From a virus, in IMG/VR virus record IMGVR_UViG_3300045988_136773: a stretch of 64,000 nucleotides of DNA. The stretch is one strand, 5' to 3'. Below are positions 8,641 to 17,764 of this stretch, in pieces. Both the position numbers and the translations under genes were made by a program. The stretch's first letter is position 1. Each line of letters starts with the position of its first letter. Under the pieces are notes generated by a model, which worked only from the letters and a program-made list of their open reading frames with translations, made no database searches and was not told the origin of the DNA.

Positions 8641-9998
8641 CTTACGAAGAATTTATTGAATCTAAACAGCTTTCCGTAAAAAGCACTGGATTTGATTTAG
8701 ATACATCTGAACTAAATCCAAATCTATTTGACTATCAAAAAGATATTGTCCGGTGGGCTTTGTGTAAGGGCAAAGCTGCTATTTTTGCAGATTGCGGACT
8801 CGGAAAATCATTCATTCAGCTTGAATGGGCACATCAGGTGGCAAAACATACTGGCGGTAAGGTCCTTATACTTGCACCTCTAGCCGTAGCATCACAGACA
8901 TCTCGTGAGGGTGAAAAGTTTGGGATTGATGTAACAGTTGTAAATGAACAATCTCAAACAACTGCTATCAGCATTACAAACTACGAAAAGCTGGATCATT
9001 TTGTTTCCAATGAATTTACCGGGATTGTACTGGATGAATCCAGTATACTGAAATCATTTACTGGAAAAATCAGAAATGACATCATATCTAGATTTCTGCA
9101 TACACCATATAAGCTTGCATGCACAGCTACTCCGTCACCGAATGACTATATGGAACTTGGAAATCATTCCGAATTCTTAGGAGTTATGACAAGATCTGAA
9201 ATGCTATCCATGTTCTTTGTTCATGACGGTGGAGAAACTTCAAAGTGGAGATTGAAAGGTCATGCTGAATCACTATTCTGGAAATGGATGGCATCATGGT
9301 GTGTGTTTATATCAAATCCAGCAGATCTCGGATATACAGAACAGGGATTTGATTTACCTGCTCTGCGAGTACATCAAATCATTGCAGATGGGGTAAGACC
9401 AACAAACAAGTCACTTACACTGTCAGAACGCAGACAAGCTAGACGAGATAGTCTAGATGTAAGATGCAGTGCTGCGGCAGATCTCGTGAATAACTCAGAT
9501 GATACTTGGATAGTATGGTGTGATCTTAATGATGAAAGCACTAAGCTAGAATCGCTCATTTACGATGCAGTGGAAGTAAAGGGTTCAGATGCCGCTGAAT
9601 ATAAAACAAAGTCAATGCTAGATTTTGCGAACGGTGATCTGAAATGTCTTATTACAAAGCCTAGCATTGGTGGCATGGGGTTGAATTGGCAAGTATGCCA
9701 TAAGGTTATTTTCGTCGGGCTTTCGGATAGCTATGAGGCATACTATCAGGCAGTAAGACGCTGCTGGAGATTTGGACAAACATATCCAGTAGACGTATAC
9801 ATCATCATTTCTGAAAAAGAAGGGTGTGTGTTGGAAAACATCACTGCAAAACAGAAAAAAGATGAGATTATGAAAGCCAATATGATTACACTCACAAAAG
9901 AAATTACAAAGAACGAATTGCAGAAAACATGCAGAATTTCTACGCCGTACCAACCTGGTATTGAAATGGTTCTACCAAATTGGGAGGAAATGCGATGA
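8637..9998 (+). CDS. SNF2/DEAD-like helicase
   Basis: ADCGLGKS (motif I), VLDESS (motif II), CTATPSPN (motif III), C-terminal helicase domain ...RCWRFGQT. Confidence 0.8.
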   Translation: MTYEEFIESKQLSVKSTGFDLDTSELNPNLFDYQKDIVRWALCKGKAAIFADCGLGKSFIQLEWAHQVAKHTGGKVLILAPLAVASQTSREGEKFGIDVTVVNEQSQTTAISITNYEKLDHFVSNEFTGIVLDESSILKSFTGKIRNDIISRFLHTPYKLACTATPSPNDYMELGNHSEFLGVMTRSEMLSMFFVHDGGETSKWRLKGHAESLFWKWMASWCVFISNPADLGYTEQGFDLPALRVHQIIADGVRPTNKSLTLSERRQARRDSLDVRCSAAADLVNNSDDTWIVWCDLNDESTKLESLIYDAVEVKGSDAAEYKTKSMLDFANGDLKCLITKPSIGGMGLNWQVCHKVIFVGLSDSYEAYYQAVRRCWRFGQTYPVDVYIIISEKEGCVLENITAKQKKDEIMKANMITLTKEITKNELQKTCRISTPYQPGIEMVLPNWEEMR

Positions 9999-10891
9999 AT
10001 GTCAATAATCAAGTAATTACCGACAAATATGCTTTATATCATGGAGATAGCTGTGAAATCATCAAGGGCATTCCGGATAACAGCATTCATTATACAATCT
10101 TTTCGCCGCCGTTCTCCAGCTTGTATACTTACTCAAACAGCGACAGAGATATGGGTAACAGCCATTCTGACGAAGAGTTCTATGAGCACTTCAAATACCT
10201 AGCAGCTGATTTATATCGCGTTACAATGCCTGGTAGACTACTTTCATTTCATTGTATGGATATTCCTATGATGAAAGAACGTGATGGTGTTATTGGATTA
10301 AAGGACTTTCCGTCTTTGGTTCGTAAAATTTTTGAAGATTGCGGATTCATCTATCATAGCAAGGTGACTATCTGGAAAAATCCCGTTACAGAAATGCAAA
10401 GAACAAAAGCAATCGGTTTATTGTGGAAACAGATCAAGAAAGATAGCACTATGAACCGGCAGGGGCTGCCTGACTACATTATCACGATGCGTAAACCAGG
10501 TGACAATCCAGAGGCAGTTACGCACACAGATAGAACATTTCCATGCGATGTATGGCAACAGTATGCGTCACCTGTATGGATGGATATTAACCAGTCTGAC
10601 ACATTGCAGCGTGAATCTGCACGTGATGAAAAAGATGAACGACATATCGCACCTCTACAGTTGGAGGTTATCAGACGTTGCATTGAACTGTGGACAAATC
10701 CAAATGATATCGTATATGATCCATTTGGAGGTATTGGATCTACTCCATATGTTGCAATGAAACTGCGTAGACGTGCAATTGCATCTGAATTAAAAGATTC
10801 TTACTATACACAAATGGTGCAGAATGTCCAAGGCGTGAAAATTCCGAAATTGGACCTGCTCCAGGTTGGATCGAAAACAATCAAATTATAA
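9995..10891 (+). CDS. DNA methyltransferase, N4/N6 (ParB-less phage type)
   Basis: IFSPPF catalytic motif; C-terminal DPFGGIGST AdoMet motif. ATG 9995 follows gggagga. Confidence 0.8.
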   Translation: MNVNNQVITDKYALYHGDSCEIIKGIPDNSIHYTIFSPPFSSLYTYSNSDRDMGNSHSDEEFYEHFKYLAADLYRVTMPGRLLSFHCMDIPMMKERDGVIGLKDFPSLVRKIFEDCGFIYHSKVTIWKNPVTEMQRTKAIGLLWKQIKKDSTMNRQGLPDYIITMRKPGDNPEAVTHTDRTFPCDVWQQYASPVWMDINQSDTLQRESARDEKDERHIAPLQLEVIRRCIELWTNPNDIVYDPFGGIGSTPYVAMKLRRRAIASELKDSYYTQMVQNVQGVKIPKLDLLQVGSKTIKL

Positions 10892-10912
10892 TCATACCAT
10901 GGAGGTATAAAT

Positions 10913-11551
10913 ATGAGTCATAAATATATAGATGACATCAAGGTACCTATAGAAGAGGAGGAAATCCAAGGTGCAGGAATTATGTATTTTGCAGCTGGTA
11001 CAACCGGTCCAAGAGGCGGAGATTCTGGACATGGGTGCAGAACTGTAATAGAGTTGGAGGATGATGGAAGTACAGATATGCGAATCGTACCAACACTGTA
11101 TCCTGCTAAACTATCACAGCTGATTAAAGCTTCAGGAGTGTTTGATAAAGATCTAGGGGAGTATGTGCTATCTGAAACTAACGTAATTAACTTACTTCGA
11201 GTTTGTCAAGATAATTATACTGGTGTATCCATTCAGTTTGGTGGAGATTCTGAACTGTATGATTTAATCGAAGGATTACAATTTATGATTGATACACTAA
11301 AACGTATGGCTCGAAAAGTATGCTCAGGTCAGACATGGAGACACTTCAAAGGCGGTCTTGTTAAGATTATCACTGTAGCAAATCATTCTGAATCATCAGA
11401 ACCGCTCGTTATATATAACTGTGAGAGCGGTACATATGCAAGACCTCTTGATATGTTTCTGTCAGAGGTGGATCACGATAGGTACCCAGATATAAAACAG
11501 CGATATCGGTTTGAATTGGTTACAGATCAGGAGGTAAATGATGAGGATTAA
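10913..11551 (+). CDS. protein with C-terminal DUF1653-like domain
   Basis: GQTWRHFKGGLVKIITVANHSESSEPLVIYNCESGTYARPLDMFLSEV matches the remembered DUF1653 pattern. Confidence 0.6.
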   Translation: MSHKYIDDIKVPIEEEEIQGAGIMYFAAGTTGPRGGDSGHGCRTVIELEDDGSTDMRIVPTLYPAKLSQLIKASGVFDKDLGEYVLSETNVINLLRVCQDNYTGVSIQFGGDSELYDLIEGLQFMIDTLKRMARKVCSGQTWRHFKGGLVKIITVANHSESSEPLVIYNCESGTYARPLDMFLSEVDHDRYPDIKQRYRFELVTDQEVNDED

Positions 11552-13382
11552 GTCAGTTCATATTCATGGTATGCACAATGTAGAAGATAAGACATATCAG
11601 CTATCAAATGCTACATACTTCTATGGAGAAAACGGAGCAGGTAAGTCAACTGTATTGCAAGCAATTCAGCTTGCATTGCTTGGATATATTCCGGGTTATA
11701 ATAAGACCAAAGAGGGTATATTCCGTCATGCAAATTGCTCTAAAATAGTTGTAGAATTGACACTGGACGATGATACAACAATTATGAGATCCTGGCAGCG
11801 TAAAGGCAGAGATATTGTGACAGAATCGTCAGTAGATGATACGTCAGATCTGCTTGGTAGCATTGAATTACCGATTTTGAATTTCTCAGAATTTGCAGGT
11901 ATGACTGCAAATAAACTAAAAGACTGGTTTATTAATTTCCTACCTGATGCAGATACAGCTATCGATTGGTACGAGCGTCTGCATAATGCTGTTGTAGGTA
12001 TGGAACTTACTACAGAATCTAATAGCTATCTGGATGAAATTGAAGCATACGCAAATACGCTTTCTGGAGCAAGCATTCAGATGGTTCGTGATCTGAATGT
12101 ATACCTGAAAGAACAGGCATCATTCAAAAAAGGTGAACTTTCCAGAATTCAGAGTACAATTCAAAGCATGGTTATGTACTCAGACTGTGATAACTCTATT
12201 TCAATTGAAGATCTGAAACAGCGAAATTTTGAGTTGCAAAAGCAGCGTGACGCTCTTATGCGGTCTGTGACAGAAATAAAATCAAAGTCTAAGCTGATTG
12301 CTGAACTGAAATCCGTAGATGTAAAAATTAATCAGATTCTAGATGGCAGATCAAAAGAAGATATGAGTTCTGACATTGATGATATGACTAATAAGATCAA
12401 AGATTATGATAATCAGCTAACCAGGTTAACTCTGGATCGCATGAACTTAATCGAAAAACAAAATGCAATGAATGAATTTGTATCTGGCAATGGTACATGC
12501 CCATACACAAAAACTATATGTGATGCTATTCAGCAGCAAGTTGGTAGCTATAAATCACAGTTGAATGACATTGCAGATCAGATCAGTAACTTGGATAATG
12601 TGATTCCAAAGATTCAGGCTGTGCGAAACTCTACTGCAAGCACTTGTAGAAAATTGAGTGCTGAACTGACAGATGCAGATAAGCTATCTAATACACATGA
12701 TATGCTTGTCGCACAAATTGGCGATATACATACATCAGAAGCTGCGGTTGGTGTGCTTGGTACGATTGAATCTACAATTGATGAGTTGAACAACCAAATG
12801 AGGCATAATTCTGATTTGATTGCAAAGCTTACAGCAAATCGGCTGTATGATTCTACAATTGATAAGATCACCACAGAAAAATATCAAACTGAGCAGGAAA
12901 TTGACATTCTGAAGAAACTTGTAAAATTAACAGATGTCAATGGAATGCAATCTGAACTAGCTACTGTACCATTTACAGCATTCGCAGAATGCATCACAAA
13001 ACACCTGCAAGGGCTGTACCATGATACTGATACTAGTGCCGCATTTTATATCACGGAGAAAGCAAACAGCTTTAGCTTTGGTGTTATCCGCTCTGGTACA
13101 TATGTACAGTATGATTTACTGTCTAGCGGTGAGAAGTGCTTATTTACATTTGCGATGCTAATGGGTATTATAGAGCAGTCAAATACAAAACTGCATATGC
13201 TTATGATTGATGATATGTTAGATCATCTTGATGATTCAAAGGTAGCAAATGTATTCGATTATATCTACAGTCAAAATGCTGTACAGATCATCCTTGCAGG
13301 TGTAAAACCTTGTATATCTAAGCATCACGATAACATTGTGATCACTGTAATTCCGGAGGGATTGAATAAATGCTTAAATTAG
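11538..13382 (+). CDS. Rad50/SbcC-like SMC-family ATPase
   Basis: Walker A GENGAGKST, long coiled-coil middle, signature LSSGEK, Walker B MLMIDD. Confidence 0.75.
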   Translation: MMRIKSVHIHGMHNVEDKTYQLSNATYFYGENGAGKSTVLQAIQLALLGYIPGYNKTKEGIFRHANCSKIVVELTLDDDTTIMRSWQRKGRDIVTESSVDDTSDLLGSIELPILNFSEFAGMTANKLKDWFINFLPDADTAIDWYERLHNAVVGMELTTESNSYLDEIEAYANTLSGASIQMVRDLNVYLKEQASFKKGELSRIQSTIQSMVMYSDCDNSISIEDLKQRNFELQKQRDALMRSVTEIKSKSKLIAELKSVDVKINQILDGRSKEDMSSDIDDMTNKIKDYDNQLTRLTLDRMNLIEKQNAMNEFVSGNGTCPYTKTICDAIQQQVGSYKSQLNDIADQISNLDNVIPKIQAVRNSTASTCRKLSAELTDADKLSNTHDMLVAQIGDIHTSEAAVGVLGTIESTIDELNNQMRHNSDLIAKLTANRLYDSTIDKITTEKYQTEQEIDILKKLVKLTDVNGMQSELATVPFTAFAECITKHLQGLYHDTDTSAAFYITEKANSFSFGVIRSGTYVQYDLLSSGEKCLFTFAMLMGIIEQSNTKLHMLMIDDMLDHLDDSKVANVFDYIYSQNAVQIILAGVKPCISKHHDNIVITVIPEGLNKCLN

Positions 13383-13738
13383 GAAACTGCTACAATGTAA
13401 CAGTTGCAAAAATCATGGATAAGGGTGCAATTGTATCCGTAGAAGGAGAGAATGAAACACAGTTTATCCATATTTCAAAATTGTCCAGCGGATATGTTCG
13501 AGCAGTTGAAGATGTGGTTTCAATCGGAACGACATATAAAGCTAAATGTGTGATGAATACAAAGCTAAATAAACTGGAACTTATGATAATGCCGAAAACT
13601 ATAAATCCGATGCCATCACGTCAGAAGTCACAGTCAAAATCAATGTCAGACTTAGACAAAATGATAAAAGCAGCTCAAAACGCATTTTCAGATAAACAGA
13701 AAAGTGCCGATTCAAGAATGAAACGTCGCAGACGATGA
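13370..13738 (+). CDS. S1 RNA-binding domain protein with basic tail
   Basis: GNCYNVTVAKIMDKGAIVSVEGENETQFIHISKLSSGYV... S1/OB pattern; C-terminus KRRRR. Confidence 0.7.
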   Translation: MLKLGNCYNVTVAKIMDKGAIVSVEGENETQFIHISKLSSGYVRAVEDVVSIGTTYKAKCVMNTKLNKLELMIMPKTINPMPSRQKSQSKSMSDLDKMIKAAQNAFSDKQKSADSRMKRRRR

Positions 13739-13756
13739 CAGAAAGTAGGTATAATA

Positions 13757-14062
13757 ATGATTAAAGAAGTTCGACTTTGGAAATCTGATAATATCATTGA
13801 TAAATTCTTTGAAACAAGAGAAGAAGCAGAACTGGCAGATGCTGCTGCTAACAAAGAGTACGAAAAAGATTTGCTAGCACTTATAGATAGAATTGAAACT
13901 CAATACGATGAAAAGCTGGATGCTCTCAAAGTACAGTTTCAGCCAACACTAGATGCTCTGTATCGGGAATTACATGAAATTCGTAGTATAATTTCAGAAG
14001 AGCAGGATTCCAGATCTTATAGTAATGCAGTCAAGGTAAAAATCAGACGTGTGTCAAACTAA
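13757..14062 (+). CDS. hypothetical coiled-coil protein
   Basis: ORF track. Confidence 0.5.
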   Translation: MIKEVRLWKSDNIIDKFFETREEAELADAAANKEYEKDLLALIDRIETQYDEKLDALKVQFQPTLDALYRELHEIRSIISEEQDSRSYSNAVKVKIRRVSN

Positions 14063-14074
14063 ACTTGACAATCA

Positions 14075-14090
14075 TCGTTATATATAATAG
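14075..14090 (+). promoter_or_regulatory. phage promoter-like motif, copy 1 (tcgttatatataatag)
   Basis: One of 11 copies of TCGTTA(T/G)(A/T)(T/G)..., all upstream of transcription units. Confidence 0.55.
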
Positions 14091-14198
14091 AGGATGAAAA
14101 CGACACTGATTCATCCAACATCGTAATTTCGATGTTAAATGTGTGTAGGGAATCTCCAATGAGGAGAGTACTACCGTCTGTGGGTTGGCGGTAGACCA

Positions 14199-14269
14199 GT
14201 CGAAATAGCTTAACTGGATAAAGCACCCGTAATGGGATGTTGTTGGTTCAAATCCAGCTTTCGGCACCA
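14199..14269 (+). tRNA. tRNA-like element with truncated anticodon arm
   Basis: Acceptor gtcgaaa/tttcggc, D arm gctt/aagc, T arm gttgg-ttcaaat-ccagc, encoded CCA. Only 17 nt lie between the D and T arms (ccc-gtaat-ggg hairpin). Confidence 0.45.
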
Positions 14270-14295
14270 AGTCTGATACGTAAGGATGTGCTTAT

Positions 14296-14886
14296 ATGAC
14301 ACCAAATCAACTATTTCAAGATAATCAGAATCTCGTAAAATTCTGCTATAATAAGTACATAAAGCACCGTAGCATATCAGATACAGAAGATATCATGCAG
14401 CAAGGAATGCTGGCACTTTGGAAAGCCGCTCTACAATATGATGAATCCAAGGGAATTGCGTTTTCTACGTATGCTACACATTACATAAGTGGATATATGC
14501 GTCAGTATGTAAGAGATAAATGTAACTTAATACGAATACCAAGAACAGTATTTTTGTCGAACAATGAAAAGCTAATTAACCTAATATCAAATGTAGACTC
14601 ACTTGATAGGACAATCGGCGGTACATCTGATTCAATTACACTTATTGAAAAGATTGAATCAGATCCAGATGACTACAGGAAATTAACTAAGGATCTCATC
14701 GATACGTTTCTACGTACTATTAGAAATAGACGAGATAGAGAAATCATGAGAGTTTATTATTATGCAGTTGCAAACGGAGACAAGGTGACACAGAAACAGA
14801 TTTCAACAAAGTTTCAGGTATGCCGATCTACTGTAGCACGCATAATTGATAAGTACAATTCAGAATTTAGAGAGTTCATTGAATGA
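14296..14886 (+). CDS. sigma-70 family sigma factor (group 3/sporulation-like size)
   Basis: Region 2: LALWKAALQYDESKGIAFSTYATHYISGYMRQYVRD. Region 4: TQKQISTKFQVCRSTVARII. Confidence 0.8.
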   Translation: MTPNQLFQDNQNLVKFCYNKYIKHRSISDTEDIMQQGMLALWKAALQYDESKGIAFSTYATHYISGYMRQYVRDKCNLIRIPRTVFLSNNEKLINLISNVDSLDRTIGGTSDSITLIEKIESDPDDYRKLTKDLIDTFLRTIRNRRDREIMRVYYYAVANGDKVTQKQISTKFQVCRSTVARIIDKYNSEFREFIE

Positions 14887-14923
14887 ACTTCTGAATCATC
14901 AAGTGCAATTTAAGTTTTTCCAC

Positions 14924-14939
14924 TCGTTATATATAGTAG
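14924..14939 (+). promoter_or_regulatory. phage promoter-like motif, copy 2 (tcgttatatatagtag)
   Basis: Lies 25 nt upstream of the first canonical tRNA. Confidence 0.55.
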
Positions 14940-14963
14940 AGCAGAAAATAAGAAATTGCAAAT

Positions 14964-15049
14964 GCTACTATGGCGAAATAGGCAGCACGCTTCGGTCTTA
15001 AAAACCGATGGGGCAACCCGTGCCAGTTCGAGTCTGGCTAGTAGCACCA
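14964..15049 (+). tRNA. tRNA-Leu(TAA), type II
   Basis: Acceptor gctacta/tagtagc, anticodon stem tcggt/accga, loop cttaaaa, long variable arm, A73, CCA encoded. Confidence 0.85.
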
Positions 15050-15052
15050 AAT

Positions 15053-15140
15053 GGGTGAATGTGACCAGTTGGCGAAGTCGGCAGACTGTAAATCTGTTAC
15101 ATTAGAAACATCGTAGGTTCGATTCCTACTTCACCCACCA
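15053..15140 (+). tRNA. tRNA-Tyr(GTA), type II
   Basis: Acceptor gggtgaa/ttcaccc, stem gcaga/tctgt, loop ctgtaaa, long variable arm, CCA. Confidence 0.85.
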
Positions 15141-15365
15141 TTAATAAATTCTTTTAGAAATTAAGGAGCCAATAAAATTTCTTTAACGAGTTTATTGTGA
15201 AATCTGTAGAAAGGAATGAATTAGTAAATGTATATTGAATTTGAATTTCGATTAAGACCTGAGTTACCAAGTTCATCTCGCCCAAGAAAACTTGGCTCTA
15301 GATAAGATTGATAATCGAATCTATGCTGCAGAATAGATTTTGTAGATCTTATCTAGTGAATATAA

Positions 15366-15440
15366 GCACCATTCGTATAATGGATAATACACAAGACTTC
15401 CAATCTTGGAATGAGAGTTCGATTCTCTTATGGTGCTCCA
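15366..15440 (+). tRNA. tRNA-Gly(TCC)
   Basis: Acceptor gcaccat/atggtgc, stem caaga/tcttg, loop cttccaa (anticodon TCC), discriminator T, CCA. Confidence 0.8.
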
Positions 15441-15547
15441 AAACCTTGATGCAGATTAATCAGTTACTTCTTCTGTAAGAAATTCTCTGTTTTATGATTA
15501 ATGAAGGCAAGTCTTTTAGACTGATTAAAATATACTCAAGGTAGTAT

Positions 15548-15634
15548 GGAGAGTTGTGATAATTGGTAGTCAGATGGTCTTGAAAACCATTGTTCAGAAA
15601 TGAATTCAGGGTTCGAGTCCCTGGCTCTCCGCCA
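15548..15634 (+). tRNA. tRNA-Ser(TGA), type II, copy 1
   Basis: Acceptor ggagagt/gctctcc, stem atggt/accat, loop cttgaaa, long variable arm, G73, CCA. Confidence 0.8.
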
Positions 15635-15773
15635 GCCATTGATGGCATCCTTTCAAACTATTTGTTATTGGTTGAAATTCCTATCATTGTTTATTAATTT
15701 AATCAATGATAAAATGGCTATATGAGAATACGTTCATGTCGTTTAGCTGTTTTAACTAAATTCTCAAATATAA

Positions 15774-15849
15774 TCTTCCATAGCTCAGTCGGTAGAGCAT
15801 GCGGCTGTTAACCGCACGGTCATTGGTTCGAGTCCAATTGGAAGAGCCA
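15774..15849 (+). tRNA. tRNA-Asn(GTT)
   Basis: Acceptor tcttcca/tggaaga, D arm gctc-agtcggta-gagc, stem tgcgg/ccgca, loop ctgttaa, CCA. Confidence 0.85.
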
Positions 15850-15895
15850 TTAAAGATAAGAAATTCTTAGTTCATAAGTCTTATCTTTATTATAT

Positions 15896-15971
15896 TGAGG
15901 TATCGGCAAGTGGTAAGCCAGCAGGTTTTGATCCTGCCATTCCGTTGGTTCGAATCCAGCTACCTCAACCA
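15896..15971 (+). tRNA. tRNA-Gln(TTG), copy 1
   Basis: Acceptor tgaggta/tacctca, stem gcagg/cctgc, loop ttttgat, CCA. Confidence 0.8.
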
Positions 15972-16051
15972 TTTGGGAAGTTATAGAAATTTAGAAGTAT
16001 GGTTTATATGGGCTATAACTAGTAATAAAAGTGGTTAGTTATTACTTAAAT

Positions 16052-16129
16052 CCGGATGTAATTCAGTTTGGTTAGAATGCTTGTTTTGGGAACAAGATGC
16101 CGCAGGTTCGAGTCCTGTCATCCGGACCA
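16052..16129 (+). tRNA. tRNA-Pro(TGG), copy 1
   Basis: Acceptor ccggatg/catccgg, stem cttgt/acaag, loop tttggga, CCA. Confidence 0.85.
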
Positions 16130-16176
16130 TTAGATACTTAATGTATCTATTATTATTCATTTAATATGAATAATTT

Positions 16177-16252
16177 GTGGCTTTAACTCAGTTGGTAGAG
16201 TATCACACTTTTAATGTGAGAGTCATGGGTTCAAGTCCCATAAGTCACACCA
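16177..16252 (+). tRNA. tRNA-Lys(TTT)
   Basis: Acceptor gtggctt/aagtcac, stem tcaca/tgtga, loop cttttaa, CCA. Confidence 0.85.
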
Positions 16253-16719
16253 AGAGCGTAGGTTTGAGATCATGCTCTATTGCCGAAGTCTGGGTACCTT
16301 GTAGTAAGCCTACACAATACAGGGCAGCATGGATGCTATATATGCCATATAAATTGAAACAAATGACAGAAGAAACGAATGAAATGATGTATGCCGTGAT
16401 GTTTTAATTAAGTATGTAGTATCTAAATAGCGGCTAAAATCCAAGCGGTTAGAACAAAGTTCTAATGGGTAATTGGGAATCAGTAGTGGTGCAATGGACT
16501 CTGATAGGTAAGGTAGAGGTTAGGGTGAGACCTTACACAATTGCGTATACGTAATCTATCAACTAATATCTTGGTTTGGGTGATCTATATATCGGGATCA
16601 TTACGAATCGGATAGACACTGGATTGTACAGATCCATCCATGAAAGTTGGACGTTTGAAGAAAACCATATTGTACTAGATGGTATACTCCATAGCATGCC
16701 ACGATAAAGGCATGCATAA
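16253..16719 (+). ncRNA. candidate large structured RNA A (unclassified)
   Basis: 467 nt with no credible ORF, inside the tRNA operon. At least 7 clean helices seen by eye, e.g. 16449-55/16459-65, 16508-14/16530-36, 16550-55/16600-05, 16694-700/16709-15. Confidence 0.35.
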
Positions 16720-16796
16720 GGGATATTAGCTCAATTGGTCAGAGCTCCCGGCTCATAACCGGATGGTTATAGGTTCAAGTCCTATATATCCCACCA
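16720..16796 (+). tRNA. tRNA with CAT anticodon (Met or Ile2; undetermined)
   Basis: Acceptor gggatat/atatccc, D arm gctc-aattggtc-agagc, loop ctcataa, CCA. Confidence 0.8.
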
Positions 16797-16919
16797 GCAG
16801 GCCTTGCACACCTGCAAATAACTTGTGTGATTGTGCTTGATTGTACAATTTCATGGTGACATCCTTTCGTATATTGAGAATTACAACTATAGCCGTCTTG
16901 CTTGACATACAACGGTTAT

Positions 16920-16967
16920 ACTCTGAGCAGGTTAGCAGTCAATTCAGTTCGATTCTGAATCAGAGTT
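16920..16967 (+). other. acceptor/T-arm minihelix (tRNA remnant or tRNA-like processing element)
   Basis: Perfect 7-bp actctga/tcagagt closes a T arm ttcag-ttcgatt-ctgaa. Only 16 unstructured nt lie in between. Confidence 0.4.
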
Positions 16968-16975
16968 CTAAATAC

Positions 16976-17062
16976 GCAAGGTTGTGATAATTGGTAGTCG
17001 AGCGGTCTTGAAAATCGCTGTCCGGTAACGGATTCAGGGTTCGAGTCCCTGACCTTGCGCCA
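16976..17062 (+). tRNA. tRNA-Ser(TGA), type II, copy 2
   Basis: Acceptor gcaaggt/accttgc, stem gcggt/atcgc, loop cttgaaa, G73, CCA. Clear paralog of 15548..15634. Confidence 0.8.
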
Positions 17063-17688
17063 CGTAGTATCTTGACAATCGAATATTGTATTGTGTGTAT
17101 GCAGCAACTCAGTGCAGATAGTTTAACCAACTTGCTGAGAATTTGTCTGTAAATCAAGTAGATAGCATATTAACTGATAAGCTCGTTGCTATAATCGGCA
17201 GTATTGGTAACATATTGTTGAGGATTGAAAACAGTCTCTTGGTGACAAATGTGCTGACATTACTGTACACAAAATCACGGAATCTTGTCGCTGTGGAAAT
17301 AGATACTTGTAAAATACTACAAGTGGAATCCTAGTTAGGTGTAAGCTGATTACTTATGCAAACCTAGGAAATATCAAAACACAGTCTTACTTGCACTGAA
17401 CCTAGGAAACTAGGGTATAAGATGAGATTCTGGTTCGAGTAGCCCAATGTGCAAGGAGAAATTATATGAATGGATATAATTATAAAATTCTGAATGGTTC
17501 GGGTGAAAGTTGCAAGTAACCAATCTTGTGTAGGATTTGACGTATGCTGGGACAAGAAGCTAAGGGTCGCTCCCAAACGCTCAGACTTGTTTCCCTAGTG
17601 GATGAATATATGTGCGGTAAAACAGTTGGTACGGCGAAGGTCGGTTGCATATTCACAATACAGTATTTGATTGTTGAGATATTGAGAT
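17063..17688 (+). ncRNA. candidate large structured RNA B (unclassified)
   Basis: 626 nt between tRNA-Ser and tRNA-Gln; only short spurious ORFs. Helices include 17305-10/17319-24 and 17549-56/17586-95. aacctaggaaa is repeated at about 17361 and 17399. Confidence 0.35.
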
Positions 17689-17764
17689 TGGACTATAGTC
17701 AAGTGGTAAGACAACGGACTTTGACTCCGTCATTCCGCTGGTTCAAATCCAGCTAGTCCAACCA
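17689..17764 (+). tRNA. tRNA-Gln(TTG), copy 2
   Basis: Acceptor tggacta/tagtcca, stem acgga/tccgt, loop ctttgac, CCA. Confidence 0.8.

Noticed and set aside
13736-13759. In-frame juxtaposition of the S1-domain gene with the next ORF across a TGA (and likewise 22948/22969)
   Set aside because: The downstream genes have their own ATG and RBS-like sequence. An in-frame arrangement is expected by chance one time in three. It is not comparable to the start-less cases at 1386 and 7070.
15366-15440. Initial reading of this tRNA as Trp(CCA)
   Set aside because: With stem caaga/tcttg fixed, the 7-nt loop is c-t-T-C-C-a-a, so positions 34-36 are TCC (Gly). The T discriminator also fits Gly.
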